From Gemmata obscuriglobus (GTDB lineage Bacteria > Planctomycetota > Planctomycetia > Gemmatales > Gemmataceae), in NCBI RefSeq assembly GCF_008065095.1, contig NZ_CP042911.1, forward strand, positions 4,590,001 through 4,622,000: 32,000 bases of DNA, in the 5' to 3' direction. The first letter of the stretch is position 1; each line of letters starts with the position of its first letter. The notes beneath the pieces were generated by a model that saw only the letters and a list, made by a program, of their open reading frames with translations, was not told the origin of the DNA and ran no database searches. This document shows, piece by piece, positions 15,266 to 24,449 of the stretch. Position numbers and translations under genes: made by a program.

Positions 15266-16399
15266 CTACCCGCACGTGTCTACCACGACCACATCGACCC
15301 CCGCAACGGCCCGCAGCAGTTGATCCAATACGCTTGCATGGAAGAGCCGCCGGTACCAGGACCGCTGCGAACGCCCGATGACGATGTGCGTGATCCCGTA
15401 CTCGCGCGCGAACGACGACACGGCGTCCGGCAAGCTGGCCCCCTTGAAGCGCAGCGGAACGCCGTCCAACTGCTGGGCCAGAGTGAGCGAGTCCGTCAGC
15501 CGGCGCTCGGTCGCCGCGTCCACCCTCTCGGTGCGCTCGGAGGGAGTCTCGATATAGACCGCGTACCACGGGGCGCCGAACCGGTCGGCGAGCCGGGCGC
15601 CCTTGCGCAGCAGTTTTAGCGCATTCGGGCTGCGGCTCGACACGCACACCATCACCCGCTCGGACGTATTCGCAACTCCCGAATCGCGCTCCCGCTCCTG
15701 GCGCCGGCGGTCCAGCACGTGCGCCACCTGCTCCAAAGCGATCTCGCGCAACTGGTTCAGGTTCGGTTCCGTGAAGAAGTTCGCCAGCGCACGTTCGATC
15801 CGCTCCGCGGGATATATCTTCCCCGCCCGCATCCGCTCTTGAAGGTCTTCCGCCGGCAGGTCCACGTTCACCACTTGGTGCGCCTGGGCGAGTACGTAAT
15901 CCGGCACCCGCTCCTTCACCTTCACCCCGGTGAACCGCTCCACCATCTCGTACAAGCTTTCGAGGTGCTGCACGTTCATAGTGGTGATGACGCTGATGCC
16001 GGCCCGGAGCAACTCCTCCACGTCCTGGTACCGCTTACCGTGCCGCCCGCCGGGGGCGTTGGTGTGCGCCAACTCGTCCACCAGCACGACCGTGGGGCGT
16101 CGGCGGAGCACCGCGTCCAGGTCCATCTCCTCGAGTACTACGCCGCGGTACTCGAGCTTTCGACTCGGCACCTTCTCCAGTTCGCCGACCATCGCCAGCG
16201 TGTCCGCCCGGCCGTGCGTCTCGACCACGCCGATGGCCACATCGACGCCTTGCCGTTTGAGGCGCTGCCCCTCCTGAAGCATCTCGTAGGTCTTGCCGAC
16301 GCCGGGGGCGAAACCGAGATAAACCTTCAGCCGGCCGCGCTGCTGTTCGCGCAACAGCGACAAAAACAGCTCCGGGCTGGGGCGGGTGTCGGTGCTCAC
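15266..16399 (-). CDS. stand-alone KdpD N-terminal sensor domain + universal stress protein (Usp) domain protein; no TM or transmitter domains
   Basis: 'RGRLKVYLGFAPGVGKTYEMLQEGQRLKRQGVDVAIGVVETHGRADT…VLVDELAHTNAPG…RYQDVEELLRAGISVITTMNVQHLESL' matches the cytoplasmic KdpD N-terminal domain. The C-terminal part ('VMVCVSSRSPNALKLLRKGARLADRFGAPWYAVYIE…THIVIGRS') is Usp-like. The GTG start overlaps the upstream kinase stop (GTGA, 16396-16399). Confidence 0.85.
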   Translation of the reverse strand: MSTDTRPSPELFLSLLREQQRGRLKVYLGFAPGVGKTYEMLQEGQRLKRQGVDVAIGVVETHGRADTLAMVGELEKVPSRKLEYRGVVLEEMDLDAVLRRRPTVVLVDELAHTNAPGGRHGKRYQDVEELLRAGISVITTMNVQHLESLYEMVERFTGVKVKERVPDYVLAQAHQVVNVDLPAEDLQERMRAGKIYPAERIERALANFFTEPNLNQLREIALEQVAHVLDRRRQERERDSGVANTSERVMVCVSSRSPNALKLLRKGARLADRFGAPWYAVYIETPSERTERVDAATERRLTDSLTLAQQLDGVPLRFKGASLPDAVSSFAREYGITHIVIGRSQRSWYRRLFHASVLDQLLRAVAGVDVVVVDTCG

Positions 16400-18252
16400 G
16401 AGCGGCCCTCCGCGAGGTGCGCCGGGAGTATGATGCGGAACGTCGTGCCCTTCCCCGGTTCGCTCTCGCAGGTGACCGTACCGCGATGGGCGACCACCAC
16501 CTCTTTCACGATGGCGAGACCGAGCCCGGTCCCGCCCTCCTCGCTCTGACCCGGGATCCGAAAGAACCGATCGAACACGTGCGCCAGGTGCTCGGCCGGG
16601 ATGCCCACCCCGGTGTCCGCGACGCTCAGGACGACGGCCCCGTCGGTCGTCATGCCGGCCGCGAGTGCGACCGTGCCGCCCGGAGGCGTGTAGGTGATCG
16701 CGTTGTTCAGCAAGTTGCCGAGCGCCTGCCCGAACCGATCACTGTCCACCACCACCGCGGGCACAACGGCGTTCGTGTTCACCGCGAGCGTGATGTGCTT
16801 GTCGTCCGCACGGGCACGGGCCGCATCGGCGGCCGTTCGAAGCAGTTCTGCTGGATCTGCGGGATGAAACGTGCCCTCGTCGTGCGGCTTCTGCAGCCGG
16901 GCGAGTGCGAGCAACTGCTCAATGAGCGCGAGCAAGCGCTCGGCGCTGTCGCGGGCGTCGATCAGGAGTTCGGTCTGCTTCGTGGTCAGCGGCCCGACGG
17001 TTTCTTCAAGCAGAATGTGAACCGCGAGCCGCACCGAGGTGAGCGGCGTCTTCAGTTCGTGGCTCACGGTCGCCACAAGGTCACTCTTGAATTGATCCAG
17101 GAGCCGGAACCGGGTCACGTCGTGGAGCACCACCGCCGCGCCCAGCGTGTCCCCGTCCGGATCGCGGATCGGCCGCACGTGCGGGAGGTAGGTGCGATCC
17201 TCACCGCCGAGCCGGAACGAAACGGTCTGGTCGAACTGGTCCGGCTGGTAGGCGCGCTGAAGTTGGAGCGCGTCCGCAACCGGCCCGCCGAGCGGTTCGG
17301 GCGGCGACCACACCGGCCCCGGGTCGCCCTGCGCCGTGGGGCCGACGCCGAACAGTGCCCGGGCCGCCGGGTTCGCGAGGTCGGCGCGGCCCGCCGGATC
17401 GACCACCAGCACCGGGTCCGGAAACGAGTCGATCGTCGCCTGAGCGGTCCGCTGCGCCCGCACGAGCCTGTCGAGGTTGGACCTCCGATATTTGCGCAGC
17501 TCGCGCGTCATCACGTTGAACGCGGCGGCGAGCCGCCCGAGTTCGTCCCGGCCGAACACAGGAACCGTGCGCTCGAGTTGCCCGGAACCGCCGATCGCGT
17601 GCGCCGCCTCGGTCACGGCCCGGATCGGCCCGAGGATCGTGCGCAACAGGTACCACCCGGCCCCCGCGAGAAGCAGCGCGACCAGCCCGAGTGCGGCCCC
17701 GAACGCGCCCATTGCCGTGCGGGCAGTGTCGCGCGCGCGGTCGCGGGCCTGCTCCATGTTCTCTCGGTTCACGCGCAGAATCTCGCCCGCCACGGCCTTG
17801 CTCTCGTTGAACCGCTCCAACAGTCCGGAAGGGCCGAAGTACATGGCCGTTCGCTCGGGCGAGCCAGGGGGCAGCGCATAAAACTGGCGCCCCCGCTCGC
17901 GGTACTCCGCTTTTAGGCCACGCAGCCGGGAAACGAGTTCGTCCTCCGTCGGGTGGATCGTGACGTTCGCGGCCTCGACCGCGAACTGCTCCTCGAGCAC
18001 AACCCAGTTCGCCTCGAACTGGCGGGCCGCGAAGGCCTCGCGGCCCGCCAGGGCGAACTGGAACGACGAATCGATCCGCTCGGCCGCCTCGCCCAATCGG
18101 AACATGGCCTGCACGCTCACGTAGTTCTCGCGCAGGATGGCATCGATGCCCCCGCCCACGCGGTCGAGCAGCATGACGCCCGCCGCGCCCAGCGCGACCA
18201 GCAGCAGCGCGAGCGGGGCGAGCGACAGAAGGATACGTGTGCGTAGGCTCAT
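16396..18252 (-). CDS. membrane sensor histidine kinase (2 TM, ~170-aa extracytoplasmic domain, HAMP, PAS, HisKA, HATPase_c)
   Basis: TM1 is 'ILLSLAPLALLLVALGAAGVMLL' and TM2 is 'AFGAALGLVALLLAGAGWYLL'. HAMP: 'DELGRLAAAFNVMTRELRKY'. H-box: 'VATVSHELKTPLTSV'. N/G boxes: 'LLNNAITYTPPGG', 'VADTGVGIP', 'GGTGLGLAIVKEVV'. The ATG overlaps the upstream regulator stop (ATGA, 18249-18252). Confidence 0.9.
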   Translation of the reverse strand: MSLRTRILLSLAPLALLLVALGAAGVMLLDRVGGGIDAILRENYVSVQAMFRLGEAAERIDSSFQFALAGREAFAARQFEANWVVLEEQFAVEAANVTIHPTEDELVSRLRGLKAEYRERGRQFYALPPGSPERTAMYFGPSGLLERFNESKAVAGEILRVNRENMEQARDRARDTARTAMGAFGAALGLVALLLAGAGWYLLRTILGPIRAVTEAAHAIGGSGQLERTVPVFGRDELGRLAAAFNVMTRELRKYRRSNLDRLVRAQRTAQATIDSFPDPVLVVDPAGRADLANPAARALFGVGPTAQGDPGPVWSPPEPLGGPVADALQLQRAYQPDQFDQTVSFRLGGEDRTYLPHVRPIRDPDGDTLGAAVVLHDVTRFRLLDQFKSDLVATVSHELKTPLTSVRLAVHILLEETVGPLTTKQTELLIDARDSAERLLALIEQLLALARLQKPHDEGTFHPADPAELLRTAADAARARADDKHITLAVNTNAVVPAVVVDSDRFGQALGNLLNNAITYTPPGGTVALAAGMTTDGAVVLSVADTGVGIPAEHLAHVFDRFFRIPGQSEEGGTGLGLAIVKEVVVAHRGTVTCESEPGKGTTFRIILPAHLAEGRS

Positions 18253-19616
18253 GCGTCCCCCTTTAACTCGCGCTGCCGCTTACGGTACAGCGTGCTCGGG
18301 TTGATGCCGAGCACCCGCGCCGCCTCGTCCAGCGACGGCGCCGCCGCGACCACGCGGCGGATGTGTTCCGCCTCGAGGGCTTCGAGCGTGACCGGGCCGC
18401 CGAGTTCGACCCGCGCCGCCCCGCCCCCGGCGGCCGTGAGTTGACCCGGCATGTGTTCCAGACCCACACGCTCTTCGCGTGTCAGGATGACTCCGCGCTC
18501 TACCGCGTTCCGCAGTTCGCGAACGTTTCCGGGCCACAGGTACGCGTCCAGTGCCGCTTCCGCCTCCGGCGTGAACCCGGTCACCGGCTTCCCGGACTGC
18601 CGGGCGAAGAACCTCAGCAGGTGGCGCGCGAGCGGCAACACGTCCCCGCGGCGCTGACGCAGCGCGGGCATGGTGATTTCGATCACGTTCAACCGGTAAA
18701 ACAAGTCCTCGCGAAACCGCCCAGTCCGCACCTCAACCTCAAGCGGGCGGTTGGTCGCCGCGACGATCCGCACGTCCGCGCTCCGCGCCGCCGGCTCGCC
18801 CACCCGCTCGTACGTCTTGTCCTGGATCAGCCGCAACAGCTTCGGCTGGAGCGCCAGCGGCAGGTCGCCGATCTCGTCGAGGAACAGCGTCCCCCCGTCG
18901 GCCACGTCCACCTTGCCGATCTTGTCGGCAACCGCCCCGGTGAACGCGCCCTTCGCGTGCCCGAACAGGTCGCTCTCCAGCAGGTCAGCGGACAGGCTCG
19001 GGCAGTGAACGGTCACGAACGGGCGCGCGGCCCGCTTGCTGCGCGCGTGCAGTTCCCGGGCGAGCACCCCCTTGCCCGTGCCGCTCTCGCCCCGCACCAG
19101 CACCGTCGCTTCCGTCGGGGCAACCTGGAACGCTACGTCCAGGGCCGCGCGGACCGACGGCTCCGCGGAGTCCAGTTCGACCTCCGGCGGGAGCTGCCGG
19201 ACCTGTTCTTCGAGCGCCGCCACCCGGTCGCGCAGCCCGCGAACGAGCGCCGACCGGTCGAGGGCCAAGCGGAGTTGGTTCGGCGTGAACGGCTTCGGCA
19301 GGTAGTCGAACGCGCCCTTCCGGAGCGCCTCGATCGCGGTGTCCAGGCTCGCGTGCGCCGTGACGATGACGACGTGCAGGCCCGGCGCCGCTGCCAGCAG
19401 TTCGGGGAGCAGTTCGAGCCCCTTTTCGGGGCCGAGCTTGAGGTCGAGGAACGCGAGGTCGAACCGCTGCGCGCGAAGCGCCTCGAGCGCCTGCGCGCGG
19501 TTCGCGGCGTCCTTCACCGTGTGGCCGAAGCTCTCGAGCGCGATGCGGATCGTGCGCCGCAGGCTGGCCTCGTCGTCGATCACCAGCAACTGAAGCGTAC
19601 CGCGTGAAGTTTGCAT
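18249..19616 (-). CDS. sigma-54-dependent Fis-family response regulator (REC - AAA+ sigma-54 activator - HTH), NtrC type
   Basis: REC: 'LQLLVIDDEASL…DLAFLDLKLG'. Walker A: 'GESGTGKGVLA'. RpoN-contact loop: 'GAFTGA'. 'ELFYRLNV'-like: 'DLFYRLNVIEITMPALRQR'. C-terminal HTH: 'EAARVLGINPSTLYRKRQ'. I take ATG 19616 ('MQTSRGTLQLLVIDD'). The track's 26-aa extension to 19694 precedes the REC fold and overlaps the regulatory repeats. Confidence 0.9.
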   Translation of the reverse strand: MQTSRGTLQLLVIDDEASLRRTIRIALESFGHTVKDAANRAQALEALRAQRFDLAFLDLKLGPEKGLELLPELLAAAPGLHVVIVTAHASLDTAIEALRKGAFDYLPKPFTPNQLRLALDRSALVRGLRDRVAALEEQVRQLPPEVELDSAEPSVRAALDVAFQVAPTEATVLVRGESGTGKGVLARELHARSKRAARPFVTVHCPSLSADLLESDLFGHAKGAFTGAVADKIGKVDVADGGTLFLDEIGDLPLALQPKLLRLIQDKTYERVGEPAARSADVRIVAATNRPLEVEVRTGRFREDLFYRLNVIEITMPALRQRRGDVLPLARHLLRFFARQSGKPVTGFTPEAEAALDAYLWPGNVRELRNAVERGVILTREERVGLEHMPGQLTAAGGGAARVELGGPVTLEALEAEHIRRVVAAAPSLDEAARVLGINPSTLYRKRQRELKGDA

Positions 19617-19628
19617 GGTGCTGCCGGG

Positions 19629-19641
19629 TTGCAAATTGCAA
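19629..19641. promoter_or_regulatory. 13-bp palindrome TTGCAA-A-TTGCAA immediately upstream of the regulator start codon
   Basis: Two self-complementary TTGCAA hexamers (19629-19634, 19636-19641) lie 13 nt from ATG 19616 on the minus strand. Function is unknown: operator or leader element. Confidence 0.3.
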
Positions 19642-19650
19642 TCCTCGTCG

Positions 19651-19688
19651 TGCGGGGTGCAACCGGATGCGCCAAGCCCCGCATCCGG
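19651..19688. promoter_or_regulatory. interleaved inverted repeats, candidate enhancer (UAS) for the sigma-54 activator
   Basis: CCGGATGCG (19663-19671) / CGCATCCGG (19680-19688) is a perfect 9-bp inverted repeat. TGCGGGG (19651-19657) / CCCCGCA (19677-19683) is a second, overlapping repeat. The centre lies about 70-80 nt upstream of the -24 element at 19743, a usual distance for bEBP binding sites. Confidence 0.35.
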
Positions 19689-19740
19689 GTACATCTGCGA
19701 AACCGCTTGGATTTCTAGCAGTTCCGCGTTTGGGGCGACT

Positions 19741-19758
19741 TCGGCACGCGGCCTGCCA
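19741..19758 (+). promoter_or_regulatory. candidate sigma-54 (RpoN) -24/-12 promoter for the kdp operon
   Basis: tcGGCACGcggccTGCca compared with the consensus TGGCACG-N4-TTGCW: GG at 19743-19744 and GC at 19755-19756 have the canonical spacing (first G to the G of GC = 12 nt). It lies about 40 nt upstream of the first micro-ORF ATG (19797), and an NtrC-type activator is encoded divergently. Confidence 0.5.
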
Positions 19759-19796
19759 ATGAGTCGTTTCGCAATTCCGCTGCCGAGGGTTCCGCG

Positions 19797-19892
19797 ATGA
19801 ACGAAACGATCTGGCTACCCGCGCTGCTCCTACTCGGGCTGGCGTCCGTTGCGCTCATGTTCCTGTTCGTCGAAGCCTGCGACAAGGTGTGA
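19797..19892 (+). CDS. 31-aa single-TM micro-protein (hypothetical) at the head of the kdp operon
   Basis: My own translation: MNETIWLPALLLLGLASVALMFLFVEACDKV, ending in TGA. 25 of 30 third codon positions are G/C, like real genes here. It is too short for the ORF track, and no family was recognised. Confidence 0.4.
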   Translation: MNETIWLPALLLLGLASVALMFLFVEACDKV

Positions 19893-19899
19893 GGACGCC

Positions 19900-19980
19900 A
19901 TGCTCTGGTTCACCGCGCTCGTGACGCTGTTCCTATTGGGCTATTTGCTCGCAGCGCTGTTGCGCCCCGAGCGGTTCTAA
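19900..19980 (+). CDS. kdpF: K+-transporting ATPase subunit F
   Basis: My own translation: MLWFTALVTLFLLGYLLAALLRPERF, ending in TAA (26 aa). It matches the KdpF pattern: a hydrophobic helix ending in 'LLGYL..ALL.PE.F' (compare E. coli '…LLLGYLVYALINAEAF'). Its position upstream of kdpA fits. Confidence 0.75.
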   Translation: MLWFTALVTLFLLGYLLAALLRPERF

Positions 19981-19992
19981 CTCGGAGGATTT

Positions 19993-20118
19993 ATGCCCGC
20001 GTCTGCCGTGCTGGAAGTGGTGGCCGCGCTCGCCGCCATCGTGACCGTGTGGTTTGCTCTCCTGGGCTGGAAGCTCCTGCCCGGGGCGGACGGTCCCGGG
20101 TCCCGCGCACGCCCCTAA
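19993..20118 (+). CDS. 41-aa single-TM micro-protein (hypothetical) between kdpF and kdpA
   Basis: My own translation: MPASAVLEVVAALAAIVTVWFALLGWKLLPGADGPGSRARP, ending in TAA. GGAGGA at 19984-19989 lies just upstream of the ATG. Third positions are G/C-rich. No family was recognised. Confidence 0.4.
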   Translation: MPASAVLEVVAALAAIVTVWFALLGWKLLPGADGPGSRARP

Positions 20119-20224
20119 GGCGCGGGGCGGCCCGAACGAAACGGTCCGAACCGCATGAGCGGTTCCGGCACCCCCGCGCGCCGCGCGTGCGGATCTGACA
20201 CCATTTACCCGGAATGGCACCACC

Positions 20225-22120
20225 ATGATACTTCTGCCGGTCCTGATTATCGGCCTGACCGTCGCGCTGTCGATCCCGTTGGGCCGGTACATGGCCCGCG
20301 TGCTCGACCGCGCCGGCCCCAGCAACGCGATTGAGCGGCTCATCGACACCGGCGGCCAGAACTGGAAGCAGTACGTGTCCGCGATGCTGCTGTCCAACGC
20401 GGCCCTGTTCGTGTTCGGGTTCGTGGTGCTCGCCGCGCAGCCGTGGCACCCCGCGTTCCTGAACCCGGACAACAAGGGGATGCTGTCCCCCTCCACGATC
20501 TTCAACACCGCCTGCTCGTTCCTCACGAACACGAACCTCCAGCACTACAGCGGCGAGGTCCACCTGACGTACGGGAGCCAGATCTTCGGGATCATGTACA
20601 AGCAGTTCATGACGCCGGCGATCGGGCTGGCGGCCCTGCTGGCGGTGATCCGCGGCCTGCGCGGCGATAAGACCGATGGGGCAGCAGAACAAGCGGGAAG
20701 CTCCCCCGCAATAATTGTGGGCAACTACAACCTCGACGTGTGGCGCGGGCTGGTCTACGTTGCCCTGCCCCTCTCGGTGGTGGTAGGCCTTCTGCTGATC
20801 GCCGGCGGCACGCCCATGACGTTCCGGGGGAACCAGGACGTTCCAACGCTTCAGGTCGGGGCGCTGGGCACCACCGACGACGGCTCCGCGAAACCACAAA
20901 CGATCGCACGCGGTCCGGTCGCTGCGGTGGTGGCAATCAAGCAACTCGGCACCAACGGCGGCGGGTTCTTCGGGCCGAACTCGGCGCACCCGCTCGAGAA
21001 CCCGACCGCATGGACCAACGTGATCGAGTGCGTGTGCATCATCCTCATCCCGATGGCGTGCCTGGTGATGTTCGGCCACATGATCCGCAACCGCCGGCAC
21101 ACGGGGGTCATCTTCGGGGTGTCGCTTGTGATCCTGATCGCCCTGACCGCCTGGGGCCTTCACCACGACACCGCGAAGCCGAACCCGGGTCTGGCTGGTG
21201 GCCCGGCGATCCTCGACGCAAAGGGACAACCGCCCACCGTCACCACGCTCAACAGCGAGGGGGGCATCGAGCAGAAGCCGCTGCCCGACCACGCCACCCG
21301 CGAACGTGTGGGACTGCCGGTGACGCAAGACACCGGCAACCTGGAGGGCAAGGAGTTGCGGTTCGGCCCCGGCGCCGGGCCGACGTGGGCGGCGGTCACC
21401 ACCTGCACCAGCAACGGGTCGGTGAACTGCATGCACGACAGCCTGAACCCGCTCGCGGGGCTGGCGCCCCTCACCGGGATGTGGCTCAACTGCGCGTTCG
21501 GCGGCATCGGGGTCGGCCTCATCAACATGCTGATCTACCTCGTCGTCGCGGTGTTCCTCGCGGGGCTGATGGTGGGCCGAACGCCGGAGTACCTGGGCAA
21601 AAAGGTCGAAGCCCGCGAGATGAAGCTCGCCGCCCTGGCGCTCCTCGCGCACCCGATCCTGATACTGGCCCCGCTGGGGCTGTTCGCGGCGGCCGGCTGG
21701 CTCGACCCGTCCACCAACAACCCCGGCGCGCACGGGTTCGGCGAGGGGGTGTACGAGTTCACCTCGTCGTCCGCCAACAACGGCTCAGGCTTCGAAGGGC
21801 TGGGCGACACCTTCGGGTTCAGCGACGCCGACAAGAACGCGAGCGCCCCCGCGCCGTACGCCCCGCACTGGGACATCGCGTGCGGGCTGGTGATGATCCT
21901 CGCGCGGTTCATCCCGATCATCGCCCCGATCGCGTTCGCGGCGAGCCTCGGCGGCAAGAAGCCGACCCCGTTCACCTCGGGCACGCTCCGCACCGACACG
22001 GTCACGTTCGGGTGCGTGCTGCTCGGCACGATCCTGCTCGTGGGCGCGCTGATGTTCTTGCCGATCGCGGCTTTGGGGCCGGTGGCCGAGCACTTCGGGC
22101 CGCTCCCGTTCGGCCGATGA
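20225..22120 (+). CDS. kdpA: potassium-transporting ATPase subunit A (K+ channel-like subunit)
   Basis: '[27 protein letters not shown]', 'NLQHYSGE', '[24 protein letters not shown]', '[11 protein letters not shown]', '[11 protein letters not shown]', 'EYLGKK' are the conserved KdpA selectivity-filter and loop motifs. At 631 aa it is longer than the ~557-aa E. coli protein. Confidence 0.95.
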   Translation: MILLPVLIIGLTVALSIPLGRYMARVLDRAGPSNAIERLIDTGGQNWKQYVSAMLLSNAALFVFGFVVLAAQPWHPAFLNPDNKGMLSPSTIFNTACSFLTNTNLQHYSGEVHLTYGSQIFGIMYKQFMTPAIGLAALLAVIRGLRGDKTDGAAEQAGSSPAIIVGNYNLDVWRGLVYVALPLSVVVGLLLIAGGTPMTFRGNQDVPTLQVGALGTTDDGSAKPQTIARGPVAAVVAIKQLGTNGGGFFGPNSAHPLENPTAWTNVIECVCIILIPMACLVMFGHMIRNRRHTGVIFGVSLVILIALTAWGLHHDTAKPNPGLAGGPAILDAKGQPPTVTTLNSEGGIEQKPLPDHATRERVGLPVTQDTGNLEGKELRFGPGAGPTWAAVTTCTSNGSVNCMHDSLNPLAGLAPLTGMWLNCAFGGIGVGLINMLIYLVVAVFLAGLMVGRTPEYLGKKVEAREMKLAALALLAHPILILAPLGLFAAAGWLDPSTNNPGAHGFGEGVYEFTSSSANNGSGFEGLGDTFGFSDADKNASAPAPYAPHWDIACGLVMILARFIPIIAPIAFAASLGGKKPTPFTSGTLRTDTVTFGCVLLGTILLVGALMFLPIAALGPVAEHFGPLPFGR

Positions 22121-22202
22121 TTTCCGTTCGGCGCGCGGAACCAAGGGCGCCCTCCTGGGAATTCTGCGTCCCGACCCCCGCACTGCGAATTCAAGGAATT
22201 CA

Positions 22203-24398
22203 ATGAGTACCGCAACGCTTCCGAACCCGACCGCCGACGACCTGAAACAGGCGCGCCGGCTCAGCCGCAAGCAAGGACTGTTCGCCCCCGACCTGCTCAA
22301 GTCCGCGCTGGTCCGCGCGTTCGTCATGCTCCGGCCGGACATCCTGTGGAAGAACCCGGTGATGTTCACCGTCGAGATCGGCACCGTCCTGTCGATCGTT
22401 TACACCGGGGTGAAGGTCTTCGCGCCCGGTTCCACGCTCGCCTCGCTCGGGTACCTGGTCGCGCTGGACGTGTGGCTGTTCCTGACGGTGCTGTTCGCGA
22501 ACTTCGCGGAGGCGCTCGCCGAGGCCCGCGGTAAGGCACAGGCTGACGCGCTTCGCAAGACGCGCCAGGAAACGCCGGCCCGCCGGCTGCGCATCGCGAA
22601 CGCCGAGCGGACGCCGTCCGGTACACTCGCGGCGTGGCACCGCGACCCCGAAGCGTTCACCGACCGAATCTCGTCCACGCAACTGAATCGGGGCGACTTG
22701 GTGCTGGTGGTGGCCGGCGAGTTCGTACCCGGCGACGGCGAGATCGTGGAGGGGGTGGCCAGCATCGACGAGTCGGCGATCACCGGCGAGTCCGCCCCCG
22801 TAGTGCGCGAGGCCGGCGGCGACCGCTCCGGCGTAACCGGGGGCACCCGGGTGCTGTCAGACGCGATCCTTGTCCGCCTCACGACGTCCGCGGGCCAGTC
22901 GTTCCTGGACCGCATGATCGCGCTCGTGGAGGGCGCCGCGCGGCAGCGCACGCCGAACGAGATCGCGCTCTCACTGGTGCTAAGCACGTTCACCCTCATC
23001 TTCCTGGTGGTGACCGCGACTCTATGGCCGATGGCCCGGTACGCCGAGGAGTACATGGCGAACTACCTGGGCGCTGCGGGGCTGAAGAGCCTCGGGACCG
23101 ACGTCCCGACCCTCGTCGCGCTGCTGGTGTGCTTGATCCCCACGACCATCGGCGCCCTGCTCGCGGCCATCGGCATCGCCGGCATGGACCGCGCGCTGCG
23201 TGCCAACCTGATCGCGAAGAGCGGTAAAGCCGTCGAGGTGGCGGGCGATATCGACACGTTGCTGCTCGACAAGACCGGCACCATCACGCTCGGGAACCGC
23301 CGCGCGACCGAGTTCCGCCCCGCCGGGCACTTCGCCGCGGCGGAGTTGGGCCGGTTGGCGGCACTGGCGTCGGCCGCGGACGAGACGCCCGAGGGCAAGA
23401 GCATCGTCGAACTGTACCGCCGGCTCCCCGGCGCCGTGGACGCCACCACGCCCGCGGGGTCGAAGTTCGTGGCGTTCACCGCGCAGACCCGCATGAGCGG
23501 CATCGATTTGCCCGACGGCCGCAACATCCGCAAGGGCGCGGTCGACGCGATGCTGCGGCACTTGGCGCAAACCGGCGGTGTCGTCCCGCCGCAGGTGCAG
23601 GAGCAGGTGAACGCGATTGCGTCCCAGGGGGCGACCCCGCTGCTCGTGTGCGAAGGGAACCGGCTCGCGGGCATCGTGGTGCTGGAGGACATCCTCAAGC
23701 CCGGCATCCGCGAGCGGTTCGAGCGGCTGCGGAAGATGGGCATCCGCACAGTCATGGTTACCGGCGACAACCCGCTGACCGCGAAGGCCATCGCCGAGCA
23801 GGCCGGCGTGGACGACTACATCGCGGAGGCCACCCCGGAGGCAAAGCTGGCATACATCCGCAAAGAGCAACACGGCGGGCGGTTGGTGGCGATGATGGGC
23901 GACGGGACCAACGACGCGCCCGCGCTGGCCCAGGCGGACCTTGGCGTCGCGATGAACAGTGGCACGCAAGCGGCGAAAGAGGCCGGCAACATGGTGGACC
24001 TCGACAGCGACCCGACCAAACTGATCGAGTGCGTCGAGATCGGCAAGCAGCTACTGATGACCCGCGGCGCGCTGACCACCTTCAGCATCGCCAACGACGT
24101 GGCCAAGTACTTCGCCATCGTCCCGGCGCTGTTCGCAGCCACACTGCCGTGGCTCAAGGCCCTCGACTTCATGAACCTGACGAGCCCGGTGTCGGCGATC
24201 ATGGCGGCGGTGATCTTCAACGCGATCATCATTCCGCTGCTGATCCCCGTGGCGCTAAAGGGCGTGACGTACCGCCCGGTCGGGGCCGACGCACTCCTGC
24301 GCCGCAATCTGCTCGTCTGGGGCCTCGGCGGGGTGATCGCGCCGTTCGTCGGCATCAAGCTCATCGACTTGGCGCTCGCCGCGCTGGGGCTCGCGTAA
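22203..24398 (+). CDS. kdpB: potassium-transporting ATPase subunit B (P-type ATPase catalytic subunit)
   Basis: '[10 protein letters not shown]', '[18 protein letters not shown]', '[12 protein letters not shown]', the phosphorylation site '[14 protein letters not shown]', '[10 protein letters not shown]' and '[25 protein letters not shown]' are present. Confidence 0.95.
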   Translation: MSTATLPNPTADDLKQARRLSRKQGLFAPDLLKSALVRAFVMLRPDILWKNPVMFTVEIGTVLSIVYTGVKVFAPGSTLASLGYLVALDVWLFLTVLFANFAEALAEARGKAQADALRKTRQETPARRLRIANAERTPSGTLAAWHRDPEAFTDRISSTQLNRGDLVLVVAGEFVPGDGEIVEGVASIDESAITGESAPVVREAGGDRSGVTGGTRVLSDAILVRLTTSAGQSFLDRMIALVEGAARQRTPNEIALSLVLSTFTLIFLVVTATLWPMARYAEEYMANYLGAAGLKSLGTDVPTLVALLVCLIPTTIGALLAAIGIAGMDRALRANLIAKSGKAVEVAGDIDTLLLDKTGTITLGNRRATEFRPAGHFAAAELGRLAALASAADETPEGKSIVELYRRLPGAVDATTPAGSKFVAFTAQTRMSGIDLPDGRNIRKGAVDAMLRHLAQTGGVVPPQVQEQVNAIASQGATPLLVCEGNRLAGIVVLEDILKPGIRERFERLRKMGIRTVMVTGDNPLTAKAIAEQAGVDDYIAEATPEAKLAYIRKEQHGGRLVAMMGDGTNDAPALAQADLGVAMNSGTQAAKEAGNMVDLDSDPTKLIECVEIGKQLLMTRGALTTFSIANDVAKYFAIVPALFAATLPWLKALDFMNLTSPVSAIMAAVIFNAIIIPLLIPVALKGVTYRPVGADALLRRNLLVWGLGGVIAPFVGIKLIDLALAALGLA

Positions 24399-24449
24399 TC
24401 CGCACCTTTGCACGCACCGCCCGGCGCGCCGGGCGAAAGGGAAATAACA

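Noticed and set aside
19617-19694. 26-aa N-terminal extension of the sigma-54 activator ORF (track start 19694)
   Set aside because: The receiver domain begins right after the internal Met ('MQTSRGTLQLLVIDD'). The extension has no receiver-fold or other recognisable motif and covers the palindromes interpreted as regulatory sites.
20148-20165. GAACCGC-ATGA-GCGGTTC hairpin in the kdpA leader as a riboswitch or attenuator (c-di-AMP riboswitches control kdp in some Firmicutes)
   Set aside because: The 106-nt spacer is too short and shows none of the pseudo-symmetric ydaO-type architecture I can recognise. No U-tract follows the hairpin. It is mentioned only as context in the micro-ORF finding.
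20215-20220. TGGCAC hexamers (here and at 7596..7601) as additional sigma-54 -24 elements
   Set aside because: Neither has a TTGC/TGC -12 element at the required spacing: the downstream sequences are caccaTGAT and ccgccAAGT. The first lies only 5 nt before the kdpA start codon.
22159-22201. Three GAATTC palindromes within 43 nt in the 82-nt kdpA-kdpB spacer
   Set aside because: They are curious in a high-GC genome, but they do not form a consistent dyad or direct-repeat unit beyond the 6-mer plus 'CTGCG'. Chance or local sequence drift cannot be excluded by eye. It would need a genome-wide motif count.
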